From assembly GCA_030647115.1 (NCBI GenBank), contig JAUSJZ010000010.1:4540-68539 (forward strand): DNA of 64,000 nt, read 5' to 3'. The notes beneath the pieces were generated by a model, which was given only the letters and a program-made list of their open reading frames with translations, searched no databases and was not told the DNA's origin. The DNA is from a bacterium (GTDB taxonomy: Bacteria; Patescibacteriota; UBA1384; CAILIB01; JAUSJZ01). Position 1 is the stretch's first letter. Every line of letters begins with the position of its first letter. This document shows, piece by piece, positions 29,436 through 41,367 of this stretch. The translations under genes and the position numbers were made by a program.

Positions 29436-31194
29436 AGAAACCAGAGAAATTGTCATTCCGTCGGTATTAACGGTTAAAGAACTGTCCGATTTAACCGATA
29501 TCTCGGTTAACAATATCATCACTGTTTTATTTCGATTTGGCATTATGGCGACTATCAACCAGGATATTGATTTTGATACCGCTCAAATTGTCGCTGACGA
29601 ATTCAACATCAATCTGGTAACCGCTCAAGAAGAGGCACCAACGGTAGCAGTTGAGAATGAGGCTAACAAAACCGAACGACCACCGGTGGTAACAATTATG
29701 GGCCACGTTGATCACGGTAAGACCACCCTGTTAGATGCTATCCGTAATACTTCGGTAGCCGAAAAAGAAGCCGGTGGAATAACCCAGGCCATCAGCTCTT
29801 ATCAGGTTAACGTTAATTATGAGAATAAAGAGCGAATCATCACCTTTGTTGACACTCCCGGCCACTCCGCTTTTGAGGCCATGCGCCAGCACGGTGCCAG
29901 TATTACCGACCTGGTAGTTTTAGTTGTAGCCGCTAACGATGGCGTAAAACCGCAGACGATAGAGACTATCAAACACGCCCGGCGTTACAACGTACCCATT
30001 CTGGTAGCTATCAATAAAATCGATCTGCCGGAAGCTGACGTCGAACGGACAAAGAGGGAACTGGCCGATCAGGAGCTAATTGGTGAAGCCTGGGGTGGAC
30101 AAACGGTAATGGTTGAGGTTTCAGCCAAGAAGAGAGAGGGTTTAGACAGTCTCTTAGATAGTATTTTGTTGGTAACCGACCTCATGGAACTCAAGGCCAA
30201 TGAGGAGTTGCCGGCATCGGGAGTAGTCATTGAATCAGAACTCGTCTCCGGGTTGGGGCCAATTGCGGTCGTACTGATACAGAACGGCAGCCTTAAACTA
30301 GGTGATATCGTGGCTATCGGTTCCAGTTACGGCAAGGTGCGCCTGATAGAAGACTATCGCGGTAAGAAAATAAGGTTAGCCCGTCCTTCCCAACCGGTTA
30401 GAATTGCCGGTCTATCAACCGTTCCCTCTTTCGGAGAACGTCTGGTAGAGGTTGATAACGAACATGAGGCCCGAGCCATTGCCCGACAGAACAACGCCTC
30501 GAATAACCGCGATAAAATTAGAAAACTAGCTGAAGCTCTCGGCAAAAACTCCCGTTTAGTCGGTAATCAGCGTGAATTATTGCTCGTAGTCAAGGCTGAC
30601 ACCCAGGGCTCACTAAATGCTATTACCGAATTAGTCCAGTCAGTATCCAATGATGACGTCGTCGTCAGAGTGTTAAAGAGCGGCGTTGGCCTGGTTAGTG
30701 AACAAGATATCGAAGCCGCCGCTACCTCAAAAGCGACCATTATTGTCTTTAATCAGAAGAATCCAACTATCATTACCAAATTGGCTGACCAAAAGAAGGT
30801 TCAGATACACACCTACAAGGTTATCTACGAGCTAGAGCAGCTGATTAACGAAGTAGTACGTGATCTGATGCCGGAGCTTCTGGTGGAGCGAGAAGTGGCT
30901 AAACTGCAGATTTTAAAGAGATTCAGAGACAATCGTAAAAAAATGGTTGTAGGTGGCTCGGTTGAAGATGGTGATCTGGAGAAAGGTCAGAAGATAGTCA
31001 TCAGAAAGGGGGCTGAAACCGTCGCAGCTGGTACTATAACCGAGCTGAGGGTTGGTAAAGAGATTGTAACCAAGGTCAGGGCAGGTAAAGAGTGCGGGGT
31101 TGAGTTTACTGTTCAAGAAGGAGATGAGACGGCCATTGCCGCCAATATGACTTTATTGGCCATCATCGTCGAAAAGGTCAAAAAGACGGTTTAG
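29428..31194 (+). CDS. infB: translation initiation factor IF-2 (short form)
   Basis: The G domain is [21 protein letters not shown]. The start is ATG 29428, overlapping the gyrA stop by 8 nt (alternative ATG at 29404). At about 588 aa it lacks the long N-terminal region of many IF-2s. Confidence 0.9.
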   Translation: MDKETREIVIPSVLTVKELSDLTDISVNNIITVLFRFGIMATINQDIDFDTAQIVADEFNINLVTAQEEAPTVAVENEANKTERPPVVTIMGHVDHGKTTLLDAIRNTSVAEKEAGGITQAISSYQVNVNYENKERIITFVDTPGHSAFEAMRQHGASITDLVVLVVAANDGVKPQTIETIKHARRYNVPILVAINKIDLPEADVERTKRELADQELIGEAWGGQTVMVEVSAKKREGLDSLLDSILLVTDLMELKANEELPASGVVIESELVSGLGPIAVVLIQNGSLKLGDIVAIGSSYGKVRLIEDYRGKKIRLARPSQPVRIAGLSTVPSFGERLVEVDNEHEARAIARQNNASNNRDKIRKLAEALGKNSRLVGNQRELLLVVKADTQGSLNAITELVQSVSNDDVVVRVLKSGVGLVSEQDIEAAATSKATIIVFNQKNPTIITKLADQKKVQIHTYKVIYELEQLINEVVRDLMPELLVEREVAKLQILKRFRDNRKKMVVGGSVEDGDLEKGQKIVIRKGAETVAAGTITELRVGKEIVTKVRAGKECGVEFTVQEGDETAIAANMTLLAIIVEKVKKTV

Positions 31195-31217
31195 GGGCCA
31201 CTCTGTGGACAAACTGC

Positions 31218-31246
31218 TTGACTTATATTCAAGGCTCTGGTACAGT
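31218..31246 (+). promoter_or_regulatory. candidate promoter TTGACT-N17-TACAGT upstream of LysM-M23 peptidase/obg
   Basis: Hexamer match with a 17-nt spacer, 10 nt before ATG 31257. Motif only. Confidence 0.3.
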
Positions 31247-31256
31247 GTTTTAGTCA

Positions 31257-32312
31257 ATGAATGACACCAATACAGAGGAACCTCCGATACGCCGCTCCCT
31301 CTTACAGAAACTTGGTCGTCTTAATCGCTTGGGCAAGCGGTTATTGCCAGCAAAATATTTTGCAATAAATGGTTCTATTTTAGGTAAACCGATATTCTGG
31401 GCACCAACATTACTGGTTGCAGCGGCTGTTTTTGGTAATTTATCTGAAAGCAAAACCCACGCTCAGACTATTTCCGATCTGATTGGGTTAGACCCCAAGA
31501 CCAAGCTGACAACCATGTCAGCTATCGATCAGTACACTCCTTTCGTTGAGGAGACTCGCGATGCCGATGTAGTGGTCACAGCTGGAATCATGCCGTCAGA
31601 CCTGGTTTTGACCAAACCCGGTTTAGCTCGCACCAATGTCAGACCGACAGAACAACCCAAACAACCGGAAAAGAGGGAGAAACCGGTTTATCACACTGTT
31701 GCTGCCGGTGAAACGCTATCAGAGATAGCCTCGAGCTATGGGGTTAGAGTAGCTTCCATTATGGTTGATAACGCTACCTTGACCAATAACGATCACCTTA
31801 AAATTGGTGATCAAATTAAAATACCCGCTGCTGACTATTCAGACGACTATTTAAAGAAAAATACGAAAACAGTGGTTGCCCAGGCTAATACCGGTCGTAA
31901 GGTAAGCGTGCGCGAAACCTCGGCTGCCAGATATGAAGATTCTGGTATGCCCGTTTTCGCTCGACCAGCCGGCTCAAGAGGAAAGAACGGTTATCACAAC
32001 TGGGCCATAGATATATCACCTGACGGTGGTAGAACTGTTATGGCCTCGGCTGATGGGGTCGTCGTTGAGGTAGCCGACGGCTGGGACGGCGGTTATGGTA
32101 AGAAGATCGTGGTTGATCACGGTAGTGGCTGGGAGACGCTGTATGCCCATCTAGACAGCATTTCAGTTAAAGCAGGGCAGAAAGTAGCTCAAGGACAGTC
32201 GATGGGCGTTATGGGGGCAACTGGCCGTACTTATCCTATCGGAGCGGTCCACCTTCACTTTGAGATTAGAAAAAATGGTTCTCGGTTGAATCCGATTAAC
32301 TACGTCGACTAA
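31257..32312 (+). CDS. LysM domain-containing M23 family metallopeptidase
   Basis: 351 aa with an N-terminal hydrophobic anchor. LysM is YHTVAAGETLSEIASSYGV..IKIP. The M23 motifs are VVDHGSGWETLYAHL and GAVHLHFEI. Confidence 0.8.
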   Translation: MNDTNTEEPPIRRSLLQKLGRLNRLGKRLLPAKYFAINGSILGKPIFWAPTLLVAAAVFGNLSESKTHAQTISDLIGLDPKTKLTTMSAIDQYTPFVEETRDADVVVTAGIMPSDLVLTKPGLARTNVRPTEQPKQPEKREKPVYHTVAAGETLSEIASSYGVRVASIMVDNATLTNNDHLKIGDQIKIPAADYSDDYLKKNTKTVVAQANTGRKVSVRETSAARYEDSGMPVFARPAGSRGKNGYHNWAIDISPDGGRTVMASADGVVVEVADGWDGGYGKKIVVDHGSGWETLYAHLDSISVKAGQKVAQGQSMGVMGATGRTYPIGAVHLHFEIRKNGSRLNPINYVD

Positions 32313-33283
32313 TGAATTTTGTCGATCAGGTTGAGTTAACTTTGATATCAGGTAAAGGAGGAGCTGGCCTAATCCACTTTCAAAGAGAGAAGTATCGACC
32401 TAATGGTGGCCCCGATGGAGGCGATGGCGGTCGGGGAGGTTCAATTATTATCAAGACCGACACCAATAAGCAAACTCTGGCTCACTTAACGGCCCTACAT
32501 CGTATTAAAGCCGCTAATGGGGCTAACGGCCAGACCGATCTAAAGAGCGGCAAAAGCGCGACTGACATTAACATTTTGGTCCCTTTAGGCACCGAAATCA
32601 TCCAAAACGGGGAAACGGTTAAAGATTTATCAAAACTGGAAGAATTTACGATTGTTAAAGGTGGCCGAGGTGGTAAAGGGAATTGGCACTTCAAATCAGC
32701 TACCAATCAGGCGCCGCGTAAAGCGGAACCGGGCGAAGAGGGGCAAAAAGCGATCTTCACCTTCAAATTAAAGTTAATTGCCGATATCGGGCTGGTTGGT
32801 CAGCCGAATGCCGGTAAGTCGTCGCTGTTGAACGCCCTTACTCGAGCCAGTAGCAGAGTAGCGGCCTACCCTTTTACGACGCTTGAGCCGCATCTGGGAG
32901 TGGTCAAACGAGACGAATGGGAGCGAGTAATAGCCGATATACCGGGTATTATTGAAGGCGCGGCGAACGGTAAGGGCCTCGGGCATGACTTTTTAGCTCA
33001 TATTGAACGCACATCTCTGTTGTTAATCTGCATCGCCGCCGATTCTGAATCACCCCAGCAAGATTATAAGGTGATCGAACGTGAATTAGGCGACTATTCC
33101 CCCCAACTATTAACTAAGCCGCAATTACTGCTTGTCACCAAGGCCGACCTACTGTCTCAAGCCAAATTAAAGTCTTTAAGTAAACAGTTTAAGACCTCTT
33201 TTCAAAAAGAACCTCTGACTACCTCTAGTGTAACGAATGAAGGTCTGAAAGAGTTGATTAATCAATTGCAAAAGCTTGTTTGA
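32312..33283 (+). CDS. obg: GTPase Obg/CgtA
   Basis: 323 aa. Obg-fold Gly-rich N-domain (NGGPDGGDGGRGGSIII) and G domain (GLVGQPNAGKSSLL, DIPG). Confidence 0.9.
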   Translation: MNFVDQVELTLISGKGGAGLIHFQREKYRPNGGPDGGDGGRGGSIIIKTDTNKQTLAHLTALHRIKAANGANGQTDLKSGKSATDINILVPLGTEIIQNGETVKDLSKLEEFTIVKGGRGGKGNWHFKSATNQAPRKAEPGEEGQKAIFTFKLKLIADIGLVGQPNAGKSSLLNALTRASSRVAAYPFTTLEPHLGVVKRDEWERVIADIPGIIEGAANGKGLGHDFLAHIERTSLLLICIAADSESPQQDYKVIERELGDYSPQLLTKPQLLLVTKADLLSQAKLKSLSKQFKTSFQKEPLTTSSVTNEGLKELINQLQKLV

Positions 33284-33307
33284 CATTAGTTGCACAATGC
33301 ATTATTA
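33279..33307 (+). promoter_or_regulatory. candidate rpoBC promoter TTGACA-N17-TATTAT (second overlapping candidate TTGCAC-N17-TAGAAT)
   Basis: A consensus -35 overlaps the obg stop codon, and an AT-rich -10 lies 17 nt downstream, about 95 nt upstream of the rpoB ATG. Confidence 0.35.
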
Positions 33308-33352
33308 TTAGGTAGAATTGATAAGGGTGTTAGATTTAAAAGTTAGAAGCCG

Positions 33353-33375
33353 GCTGTAATACAGCTCAGTTTTTA
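33353..33375 (+). terminator. hairpin GCTGT-aat-ACAGC + TCAGTTTTT in rpoB leader (terminator/attenuator-like)
   Basis: A 5-bp stem plus a U tract between the candidate promoter and the rpoB start codon. This is a weak structure. Confidence 0.25.
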
Positions 33376-33403
33376 AGGGCTGTCTTTTGGTTTTTATATA
33401 TAT

Positions 33404-36400
33404 ATGACTACACAAAAACGTCGGATCATCGGCAAATCCAGTGAATCGTCACTCGAATTGCCGAACCTCATCAAAGTACAGACCGATTCGTATGACTGGT
33501 TCTTAACCGAAGGAATTAGAGAACTGTTAGATGAAATCTCACCCATTGAAGATATCACCGGTCGCAATTTAGTACTAACGTTCGAAGATTTTACCTTCGA
33601 CAAACCGAAGGCGACGTCCGAAGAAGCGCGCGATAAAAACTTAACTTTCAAATCGGCCTTAAAGGTTCGAGCAGTACTCACTAATAAGGTAAGTGGAGAA
33701 GTCATTGAAAACGATGTCTATCTGGGTGAATTTCCCATGATGACTCGCTACGGTACTTTCATTATCAACGGTATTGAGCGAGTTGTGGTTAACCAGATAG
33801 TCCGTTCATACGGTGTTTTGTTCGCTAAAGAAGTTACCCAAGGTAGAGACCTCTTTGGAGCCAAATTAATACCGGCTCGAGGGGCTTGGTTAGAATTTGA
33901 AACCAACCACCGCGATGTTATATCAGTTAAGGTAGATCGTAAACGACGCATACCAGTCACCACTTTCTTAAGAAGTCTGGGTTACGGTAAGACCGAACAG
34001 ATCGAAAAGCTCTTTGCCGGAGTCGATACTCACCCAGATCACCGCTACATTGCCACCACCCTCGAAAAAGACCCCGCTTTAAATGACGAAGACGGCTGTG
34101 TCGAGGTTTACAAAAGAATTAGACCCGGAGATTTAGCCACTCCCGAAAATGCCCGCACTTTCATTAACGACATGTTCTTCCAATTGAAGCGTTATGACTT
34201 GGGCAAAGTCGGTCGCTACAAACTAAACAAACGACTCAACCAGAATGTGGAGATAGACCAGAAGAGTCGCATCTTAGGTAAAGAAGATATCGTCAGCATC
34301 ATTAAAGAGATTATTGCCCTCAACAATACTCCCGGCGCACTATCAGACGACATCGACAACCTCGGTAACCGTCGCATCAGAAGCGTCGGCGAACTGGTAC
34401 AAGGTAGAGTCAGAGTAGGTCTGATGCGCATGGAGCGTATCGCGCGTGATCGCATGTCGGTCTCCGACCTAGACACGGTGACACCGGCCCAGCTTATCAA
34501 TGCCCGACCGGTTGTCGCTGCTTTACAAGAGTTCTTTGCCTCCAGTCAGCTATCCCAATTTATGAACCAGACCAACCCACTAGCCGAGCTGGAACACAAA
34601 CGTTGTGTCACCGCTACTGGTGCCGGTGGTCTATCACGCGAACGAGCCGGTTTTGATGTCCGCGACGTTCATGCCAGTCACTACGGTCGTCTCTGCCCGG
34701 TTGAATCACCCGAAGGCCCGAACGTCGGTTTGGTACAGTATTTGGCATCTTACGCCCGCATCAACGATTATGGCTTTGTGGAAACTCCTTACCGTATCGT
34801 TTCCAAGAAAAACGGTCGTCCTTTTGCTACCGATAAAATTGTTTACCTCGATGCCAGTGATGAAGAACAGCTGGTTATCGCACCAGCATCGGTTCTGATA
34901 GACGAGAAGGGTCAGTTCACCGAAGAACGAACGGCGGTGCGTAAATTTGGTCACCCAGTTATTGAAAAGACAGCCAATATCACTCACGTCGACGTCTCAC
35001 CGGTACAGACTTTCAGTATCTCTACTAACCTCATACCTGGTTTGGGTAATGATGAAGCCGCCCGCGCCATGATGGGTTCCAATATGCAGCGACAGGCCGT
35101 TCCTTGTGTCAAGCCCGATTCACCGGTAGTGGGTACCGGCATGGAAGAAGAGGCTGCCCGTGACTCCGGTGCCATCGTCACCGCTGAAGAAGCCGGTGAA
35201 GTAGTAGATGTCAGCTCCGATCGTATCGTGGTCAAAGGTAAATCAAAGCTAGAATATAACCTGGTCAAATTCATCCGTAGTAACCAGGGCACACTCATTA
35301 ATCAACGCCCAACGGTTAGTGTCGGCGAGAAAGTAGTCAAGAGACAGGTCATCGCCGACTCATCGGCTACCGATAAAGGTGAATTGGCGCTAGGACAGAA
35401 CGTCTTGGTTGCCTATATGTCTTGGGGCGGTTACAACTATGAAGATGCTATTATCGTATCTAACCGCCTGGCTAAACTCGACAAATACACCTCTATTCAT
35501 ATCGAAGAGTATGCCATTGAGATTCGTGATACTAAGTTAGGTCCTGAAGTGTTGACCCGAGACATTCCCAATGTCTCGGAAGATGCCCTCGCCAACCTCG
35601 ATGATGAAGGTGTTATTAGAGTAGGAGCCGAGGTGCATTCAGGAGATATTCTCGTCGGTAAAATTACTCCTAAAGGTGAGACTGAACTAACCGCTGAAGA
35701 GAAACTGCTACGGGCCATCTTCGGTGAAAAAGCGAAAGAGGTACGAGACTCTTCACTACGACTCCCGCACGGTCAGCACGGTAAGGTTATTGGCATCAAA
35801 CGTTTCTCTAAAGACGCTGGAGACGAGCTCTCGGCCGGTGTCTATGAATTAATTGAAGTTACAGTAGCCCAGATGAGAAAAGTCTCGGCCGGTGACAAAC
35901 TAGCTGGTCGCCACGGTAATAAGGGTGTTATCAGCATTATCGTACCGCAAGAAGATATGCCTTTCCTGCCAGATGGCACCTCAATCGATGTTATTTTGAA
36001 CCCCCTGGGTGTCATCTCCCGTATGAACCTCGGTCAGATTATCGAAACCACCATCGGTTGGGCCGCCAGTAAGAACGGCGAGAAAATCGCCATCCCGGTT
36101 TTCAATGCCCTCACCGAACCCCAATTACGAGGTGAACTCGAAGCAGCTAATTTGCCTGGTTCCGGTAAAACTGTCCTCTATGACGGCAAAACCGGTGAAC
36201 GTTACGACCAGGAAGTGTTGGTTGGTACCAACTACATTATGAAGTTGATCCACTTAGTCGACGACAAGATGCACGCCCGTAGCGTCGGCCCTTACTCCAT
36301 GATTACGCAACAGCCTTTAGGTGGTAAGGCCCAGTTTGGTGGACAACGCTTCGGAGAGATGGAGGTCTGGGCGCTTGAAGCCTACGGAGCCGCTCACACC

Positions 36401-36727
36401 CTGCAAGAGATGCTGACCATCAAATCAGATGACACCTATGGCCGCTCTAAAGCCTATGAATCAATTATCAAGGGTGAAGAGATTCAAAAACCAAGCGTAC
36501 CGGAGTCGTTTAACGTCTTAGTGCGTGAATTACGCGGTCTGGCCTTGAACGTCGATTTGGTCGGCCGAGCCGAAGAAGCGCTGGCGGCCGAAAAGATGCG
36601 ACAGTTACAGCAAGACGACATTGATAAGAAAGAAATTGTCTTGCCAGATACCGATCTGACCGAGATTGGCACCCTACAAGATGAAATTGTGGTAGAAGAA
36701 CCAGTAGCAGAAGATAAAAATGAGTAA
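33404..36727 (+). CDS. rpoB: DNA-directed RNA polymerase subunit beta
   Basis: 1107 aa. Collinear with bacterial beta subunits, including the rifampicin-region and C-terminal catalytic-site motifs. Confidence 0.97.
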   Translation: MTTQKRRIIGKSSESSLELPNLIKVQTDSYDWFLTEGIRELLDEISPIEDITGRNLVLTFEDFTFDKPKATSEEARDKNLTFKSALKVRAVLTNKVSGEVIENDVYLGEFPMMTRYGTFIINGIERVVVNQIVRSYGVLFAKEVTQGRDLFGAKLIPARGAWLEFETNHRDVISVKVDRKRRIPVTTFLRSLGYGKTEQIEKLFAGVDTHPDHRYIATTLEKDPALNDEDGCVEVYKRIRPGDLATPENARTFINDMFFQLKRYDLGKVGRYKLNKRLNQNVEIDQKSRILGKEDIVSIIKEIIALNNTPGALSDDIDNLGNRRIRSVGELVQGRVRVGLMRMERIARDRMSVSDLDTVTPAQLINARPVVAALQEFFASSQLSQFMNQTNPLAELEHKRCVTATGAGGLSRERAGFDVRDVHASHYGRLCPVESPEGPNVGLVQYLASYARINDYGFVETPYRIVSKKNGRPFATDKIVYLDASDEEQLVIAPASVLIDEKGQFTEERTAVRKFGHPVIEKTANITHVDVSPVQTFSISTNLIPGLGNDEAARAMMGSNMQRQAVPCVKPDSPVVGTGMEEEAARDSGAIVTAEEAGEVVDVSSDRIVVKGKSKLEYNLVKFIRSNQGTLINQRPTVSVGEKVVKRQVIADSSATDKGELALGQNVLVAYMSWGGYNYEDAIIVSNRLAKLDKYTSIHIEEYAIEIRDTKLGPEVLTRDIPNVSEDALANLDDEGVIRVGAEVHSGDILVGKITPKGETELTAEEKLLRAIFGEKAKEVRDSSLRLPHGQHGKVIGIKRFSKDAGDELSAGVYELIEVTVAQMRKVSAGDKLAGRHGNKGVISIIVPQEDMPFLPDGTSIDVILNPLGVISRMNLGQIIETTIGWAASKNGEKIAIPVFNALTEPQLRGELEAANLPGSGKTVLYDGKTGERYDQEVLVGTNYIMKLIHLVDDKMHARSVGPYSMITQQPLGGKAQFGGQRFGEMEVWALEAYGAAHTLQEMLTIKSDDTYGRSKAYESIIKGEEIQKPSVPESFNVLVRELRGLALNVDLVGRAEEALAAEKMRQLQQDDIDKKEIVLPDTDLTEIGTLQDEIVVEEPVAEDKNE

Positions 36728-39700
36728 TATGCAACCAAAGGAAAACAGTGGCGCCGTTGACTTTACGGCGGTCAAGCTCGGGGTAGCCAGCGCTGAAGAA
36801 ATATTACGCTGGTCCTATGGCGAGGTTCTCAAACCAGAGACAATCAATTATCGTACTCAAAAACCAGAACGAGACGGGCTATTTTGTGAACGCATTTTCG
36901 GCCCGATTAAAGACTATGAATGTACCTGTGGTAAATACCGCAAGATTCGTTACCGCGGCGTTATCTGTGACAAATGTGGAGTTGAGGTCACTAAATCATC
37001 GGTACGACGCGAACGCATGGGCCACATCGATCTGGCCGCTCCGGTAGCCCATGTCTGGTATATCCAGGGTGTGCCGAGTACGCTCGGGACCATATTAGAC
37101 GTATCGGTCAGCGATTTAGAGAAAGTGGTTTATTTTGCCGCTTTCATTATCAAATCAGTCAACGAGGGTATCCGTCGTCAGGCAGTTGAAAATCTGGACC
37201 GCGAATTTCAGGAGTATAAAGATCAGGTTCTAGGCAAGACTAAAAAAGGTGATGCTTCAGATGATGTGATGGTCAAATTGAATGAGATTGAGGGGCAGTA
37301 TCGTCTAGAGAAAAGTCTGTTAGATAGTTTGGCTCCGGTCAAAATTATTTCTGAACAACGCTACCACGAATTGTCCCTTAAATACGGCCAAATTATTGAC
37401 GTCGGCATTGGCTCCGACGCCATTTTGGAACTCTTAAAAGAGGTAGATATCAGCGAACGCATCACTACCCTCGGTACTCTGGTAGCAGACGCGTCACCCG
37501 TAGCCAAGCGCAAACTAATGAAACGCATCAAACTATTCACTGACCTTAAACGAGCCAAGATTAAACCAGAGTGGATGGTATTGATCAGACTACCAGTCAT
37601 CCCACCAGATTTAAGACCAATGGTTCAGCTCGATGGCGGACGATTCGCCGCGTCGGACCTAAACGATCTTTATCGACGCGTTTTGAACCGTAACAACCGT
37701 CTCAAAAAACTATTGAACCAAGGGGCGCCTGAAGTTATTACCCGCAACGAGAAACGCATGCTACAAGAAGCGGTCGATGCTTTAATTGACAACAACGCCC
37801 GTCGCGGTAAGGTGGCCGCCTCCACCAACGGCAAACGTCGCCTAAAGTCACTATCAGATATGCTGCGCGGCAAACAGGGCCGTTTCCGTCAAAACCTGCT
37901 CGGTAAAAGAGTAGATTACTCCGGTCGTTCGGTTATTGTTATTGGTCCGAGCTTACGTTTGAACGAATGTGGTATTCCGAAAATTATGGCGATTGAACTA
38001 TTCAAACCCATGGTTATTAGCCGGTTAATCAGAGACGGCCACGCCCATAACGTTAAGCAGGCCACCCGCTTAATCGAGCAGGGTGAAGATTTTGTCTGGG
38101 ATATTCTAGAAGAGATAACCAACAAACATCACGTATTGTTAAACCGTGCCCCTACCTTGCACCGTCTCGGTATTCAAGCCTTCAAACCGGTTTTGGTTGA
38201 CGGTAAGGCAATTCAGGTACACCCAAATGTCTGTCAGGCCTTTAACGCCGACTTCGATGGAGATCAGATGGCGGTACACGTACCACTCTCGGAACAGGCG
38301 CAGAAAGAGGCTGCTGAAATTATGTTATCCTCTAAAAACCTGCTCAAACCGGCCTCTGGCGATCCAATTTCTGGTCCGCGGCTAGACATGACCTTGGGTA
38401 TTTATTACCTGACGGGTGAAGATGAAGGAGCCAAAGGCGAAGGCAAGATTTTCTACAGCCCCAAAGAGGCTATTCGGGCCTTTAACGAACACGCAGTCGA
38501 TCTGCGGGCTAAGGTAAAGGTGCAATATCCACGCGAAGATCACCAAGAACTGGTTGAAACCACTATCGGCCGAGTCATCTTTAACGAGAGCATTCCGGTC
38601 GAACTGCGGTTTGTGAATGAAGAGTTAGATAAGAAAAAATTGAACAGTTTCTTTAGTGATTCCTTCAACAAACTAGGTATCGATACGACAGCCTTACTGG
38701 TGGATATTATCAAAGACCTCGGTTTCAAATACGCCGAGTATTCCGGTATCACCTTTGCTATTGCCGACATCGTCCATCCGGACGAACGGGAAGCCATTAT
38801 CGATGCGACCGAGCTGCAGTTGGCCCAGGTAGATTTGCAGTTCAGACGCGGTCTGATAACAGAGAATGAACGTTATCTGAAAACGGTTGAGTTGTGGTTT
38901 GATGCTCAATCACAAATTGAGAAAGCCCTGATTAGTAAACTAAGCGGTAAAAACCCGGTCGTACAGATATTCAAGTCTGGTGCCCGCGGTTCATTGTCAC
39001 AGATGCAACAGATTTCCGGTATGAAAGGTTTGGTAGCCAACCCATCTGGTCGCATTATTGAAATTCCAATCAAGAACAACTTTAAAGACGGTTTATCGGT
39101 CTTTGAATATTTCGTCTCCACTCATGGCGCCCGTAAAGGTCGGGCCGATACCGCTCTGCGTACGTCTGACGCCGGTTATTTAACCAGACGTTTAGTAGAC
39201 GTCGCCCAAGACGTAGTTATCTCCGAGGTAGATTGCGGCACCAAGAATGGTATTAAGCTTCATAAACAAGACTTTGTCGAGTTGGGAGAATCATTCACTA
39301 CGGCTTTAGTCGGCCGTTACCTGGCTGAAAAGACCTCGGGAGTGAAGGTTGGTGAGAAGATTGGTGTCCATAATGCCACCAAGATAGCGGAAGAGAATGA
39401 CTCGGTAACCGTTCGTTCACCATTACGTTGTACGACCCGTTGGGGTATTTGCCAGACCTGTTACGGTGAAGACCTAGCGGTCGGAAATGATGTCCGCATG
39501 GGTGAGGCCGTCGGTATTATCGCTGCTCAAGCTATTGGTGAACCCGGTACCCAGCTAACCATGCGTACCTTTCACACCGGTGGTGTCGCTTCATCTGGTG
39601 GAGATATTACTACTGGTTTACCTCGGGTAGAAGAGTTGTTTGAGGCCCGTTCTCCTAAAGGGGCAGCCACTCTGGCCACTATGTCCGGTACGGTAAATAT

Positions 39701-40457
39701 CGAAACCGTCGCTAACGGTAAGAAAGTCACTATTGCTTCCATGATTGATGCCAGCGATACAGTCCAACTGGAAAAGGGTTTGACCTGGTTTGTTAATGAC
39801 GGCGATAAAGTGAGAACCGATCAACCCTTAGCTAAAAGTGAGAAGGGCCAGGTTCAGAAGGCTCCCTATGCCGGTGTAGTATCCATCAAAGACAAGAAAT
39901 TGACTATTAACGGCCAGAAAGCTTCAGTGCAAGAAGAAGTATTTGACAACACCATCCAAATATTGGTCAAGGAAGGTGAGATGGTAGGGTCCGGTGACCC
40001 ATTGACCGAAGGTAATCTAGATTTGAAACAGACCCTAGATCTGAAAGATAGACAGACCGTCGAGAATTACATCATTAATGAGATTCAGAAGATCTACACC
40101 GCCCAAGGTCAGCCGATCAATAATAAGCACATTGAGATACTGGTTAGAAAGATGCTCTGTAAGGGTCAAATTACCGACCCCGGCACTTCTAAATACATCG
40201 AAGGTGAATTGATAGATATTTTAGAGCAACTCGACGAGATTGAAAAGTACAACATCAAATACACCGAAATCTTACTCGGAATCTCTAGAGTATCCCTTAA
40301 TACCTCGAGTTTCTTATCGGCCGCTTCCTTCCAAGAAACGACCAACGTACTGATGCAAGCGGCTATCAGAGGTCAAACTGATCACTTAAAGGGGTTGAAA
40401 GAGAACGTGATTATTGGTAAGTTAATACCTGCTGGTACTGGTTACAAAAAAAGATAA
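36720..40457 (+). CDS. rpoC: DNA-directed RNA polymerase subunit beta'
   Basis: 1245 aa. Zn finger [20 protein letters not shown], catalytic NADFDGD, and an 8-nt overlap with rpoB. Confidence 0.97.
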   Translation: MSNMQPKENSGAVDFTAVKLGVASAEEILRWSYGEVLKPETINYRTQKPERDGLFCERIFGPIKDYECTCGKYRKIRYRGVICDKCGVEVTKSSVRRERMGHIDLAAPVAHVWYIQGVPSTLGTILDVSVSDLEKVVYFAAFIIKSVNEGIRRQAVENLDREFQEYKDQVLGKTKKGDASDDVMVKLNEIEGQYRLEKSLLDSLAPVKIISEQRYHELSLKYGQIIDVGIGSDAILELLKEVDISERITTLGTLVADASPVAKRKLMKRIKLFTDLKRAKIKPEWMVLIRLPVIPPDLRPMVQLDGGRFAASDLNDLYRRVLNRNNRLKKLLNQGAPEVITRNEKRMLQEAVDALIDNNARRGKVAASTNGKRRLKSLSDMLRGKQGRFRQNLLGKRVDYSGRSVIVIGPSLRLNECGIPKIMAIELFKPMVISRLIRDGHAHNVKQATRLIEQGEDFVWDILEEITNKHHVLLNRAPTLHRLGIQAFKPVLVDGKAIQVHPNVCQAFNADFDGDQMAVHVPLSEQAQKEAAEIMLSSKNLLKPASGDPISGPRLDMTLGIYYLTGEDEGAKGEGKIFYSPKEAIRAFNEHAVDLRAKVKVQYPREDHQELVETTIGRVIFNESIPVELRFVNEELDKKKLNSFFSDSFNKLGIDTTALLVDIIKDLGFKYAEYSGITFAIADIVHPDEREAIIDATELQLAQVDLQFRRGLITENERYLKTVELWFDAQSQIEKALISKLSGKNPVVQIFKSGARGSLSQMQQISGMKGLVANPSGRIIEIPIKNNFKDGLSVFEYFVSTHGARKGRADTALRTSDAGYLTRRLVDVAQDVVISEVDCGTKNGIKLHKQDFVELGESFTTALVGRYLAEKTSGVKVGEKIGVHNATKIAEENDSVTVRSPLRCTTRWGICQTCYGEDLAVGNDVRMGEAVGIIAAQAIGEPGTQLTMRTFHTGGVASSGGDITTGLPRVEELFEARSPKGAATLATMSGTVNIETVANGKKVTIASMIDASDTVQLEKGLTWFVNDGDKVRTDQPLAKSEKGQVQKAPYAGVVSIKDKKLTINGQKASVQEEVFDNTIQILVKEGEMVGSGDPLTEGNLDLKQTLDLKDRQTVENYIINEIQKIYTAQGQPINNKHIEILVRKMLCKGQITDPGTSKYIEGELIDILEQLDEIEKYNIKYTEILLGISRVSLNTSSFLSAASFQETTNVLMQAAIRGQTDHLKGLKENVIIGKLIPAGTGYKKR

Positions 40458-40870
40458 TGCCTACCATAAATCAACTAATTAGAAGACCCCGTCAGAAACC
40501 GACCGCCAAGGTCAAGGCTCCGGCTTTGAAATACGCTTACAATGCCTTCAAGCGCCGACCGGTCGATAATAAGGCCCCCCAGAAAAGAGGTGTCTGTTTG
40601 AAGGTCTACACCGTAACTCCAAAAAAACCAAACTCCGCTCTGCGTAAGGTTGCCCGTATTAGATTGTCAAATGGCCACGAAGTAACCGCCTACATCGGCG
40701 GTGAAGGTCACACCCTGCAAGAGCACTCGGTCGTTTTGGTACGGGGCGGTCGGGTAAAAGACTTACCCGGCGTGCGTTACCACGTCGTACGGGGCAAATA
40801 CGATACCACCGGTGTCGACGCCCGACGACAAGGCCGCAGTCTGTACGGAGCTAAAAAACCCAAGAAATAA
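40457..40870 (+). CDS. rpsL: 30S ribosomal protein S12
   Basis: 137 aa. [19 protein letters not shown] motifs. ATGA overlap with the rpoC stop. Confidence 0.95.
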   Translation: MPTINQLIRRPRQKPTAKVKAPALKYAYNAFKRRPVDNKAPQKRGVCLKVYTVTPKKPNSALRKVARIRLSNGHEVTAYIGGEGHTLQEHSVVLVRGGRVKDLPGVRYHVVRGKYDTTGVDARRQGRSLYGAKKPKK

Positions 40871-40872
40871 CC

Positions 40873-41343
40873 ATGCGCGGCAAGAGAGCCAAAAAAAGAG
40901 TTTTAATACCAGATGCCAAGTACGATTCGGTTAACGTGACCAAACTGGTTAATTACGTCATGCAACGCGGTCAGAAAAAGACAGCGGAGGTTATTGTCTA
41001 TCAGGCTTTAGAAAAAGCCGCTGCCACGACCGAAAAGAAACCGTTAGAGGTGCTCAATAAGGCCCTCGATAATGTCGGCCCGTTGTTAGAGGTACGCAGC
41101 AAGCGCATTGGTGGGGCTAACTATCAGATACCATTTGAGGTCAACCCTGATCGACGCCTCATACTAGCCTTAAGATGGATCGTTACTGCCGCCCGCAGCG
41201 GTAAAGGGGTCAAGATGTCTCAAAGACTGGCTACCGAACTACTTAACGCCTACAAGAACGAAGGTACGGCCGTTAAGAAGCGTGAAGATGCTCACCGTAT
41301 GGCCGAAGCCAACCGAGCCTTTGCTCACTTTGCCCGTCACTAA
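40873..41343 (+). CDS. rpsG: 30S ribosomal protein S7
   Basis: 156 aa. Position and sequence are typical of S7 in the str operon. Confidence 0.93.
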   Translation: MRGKRAKKRVLIPDAKYDSVNVTKLVNYVMQRGQKKTAEVIVYQALEKAAATTEKKPLEVLNKALDNVGPLLEVRSKRIGGANYQIPFEVNPDRRLILALRWIVTAARSGKGVKMSQRLATELLNAYKNEGTAVKKREDAHRMAEANRAFAHFARH

Positions 41344-41367
41344 TATTTAATATCATCGATACCAACC

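Noticed and set aside
33394-40000. Numerous 60-110 aa minus-strand ORFs within rpoB/rpoC, gyrA/gyrB, uvrA and infB
   Set aside because: All antisense to well-supported essential genes. No motifs. Typical six-frame noise.
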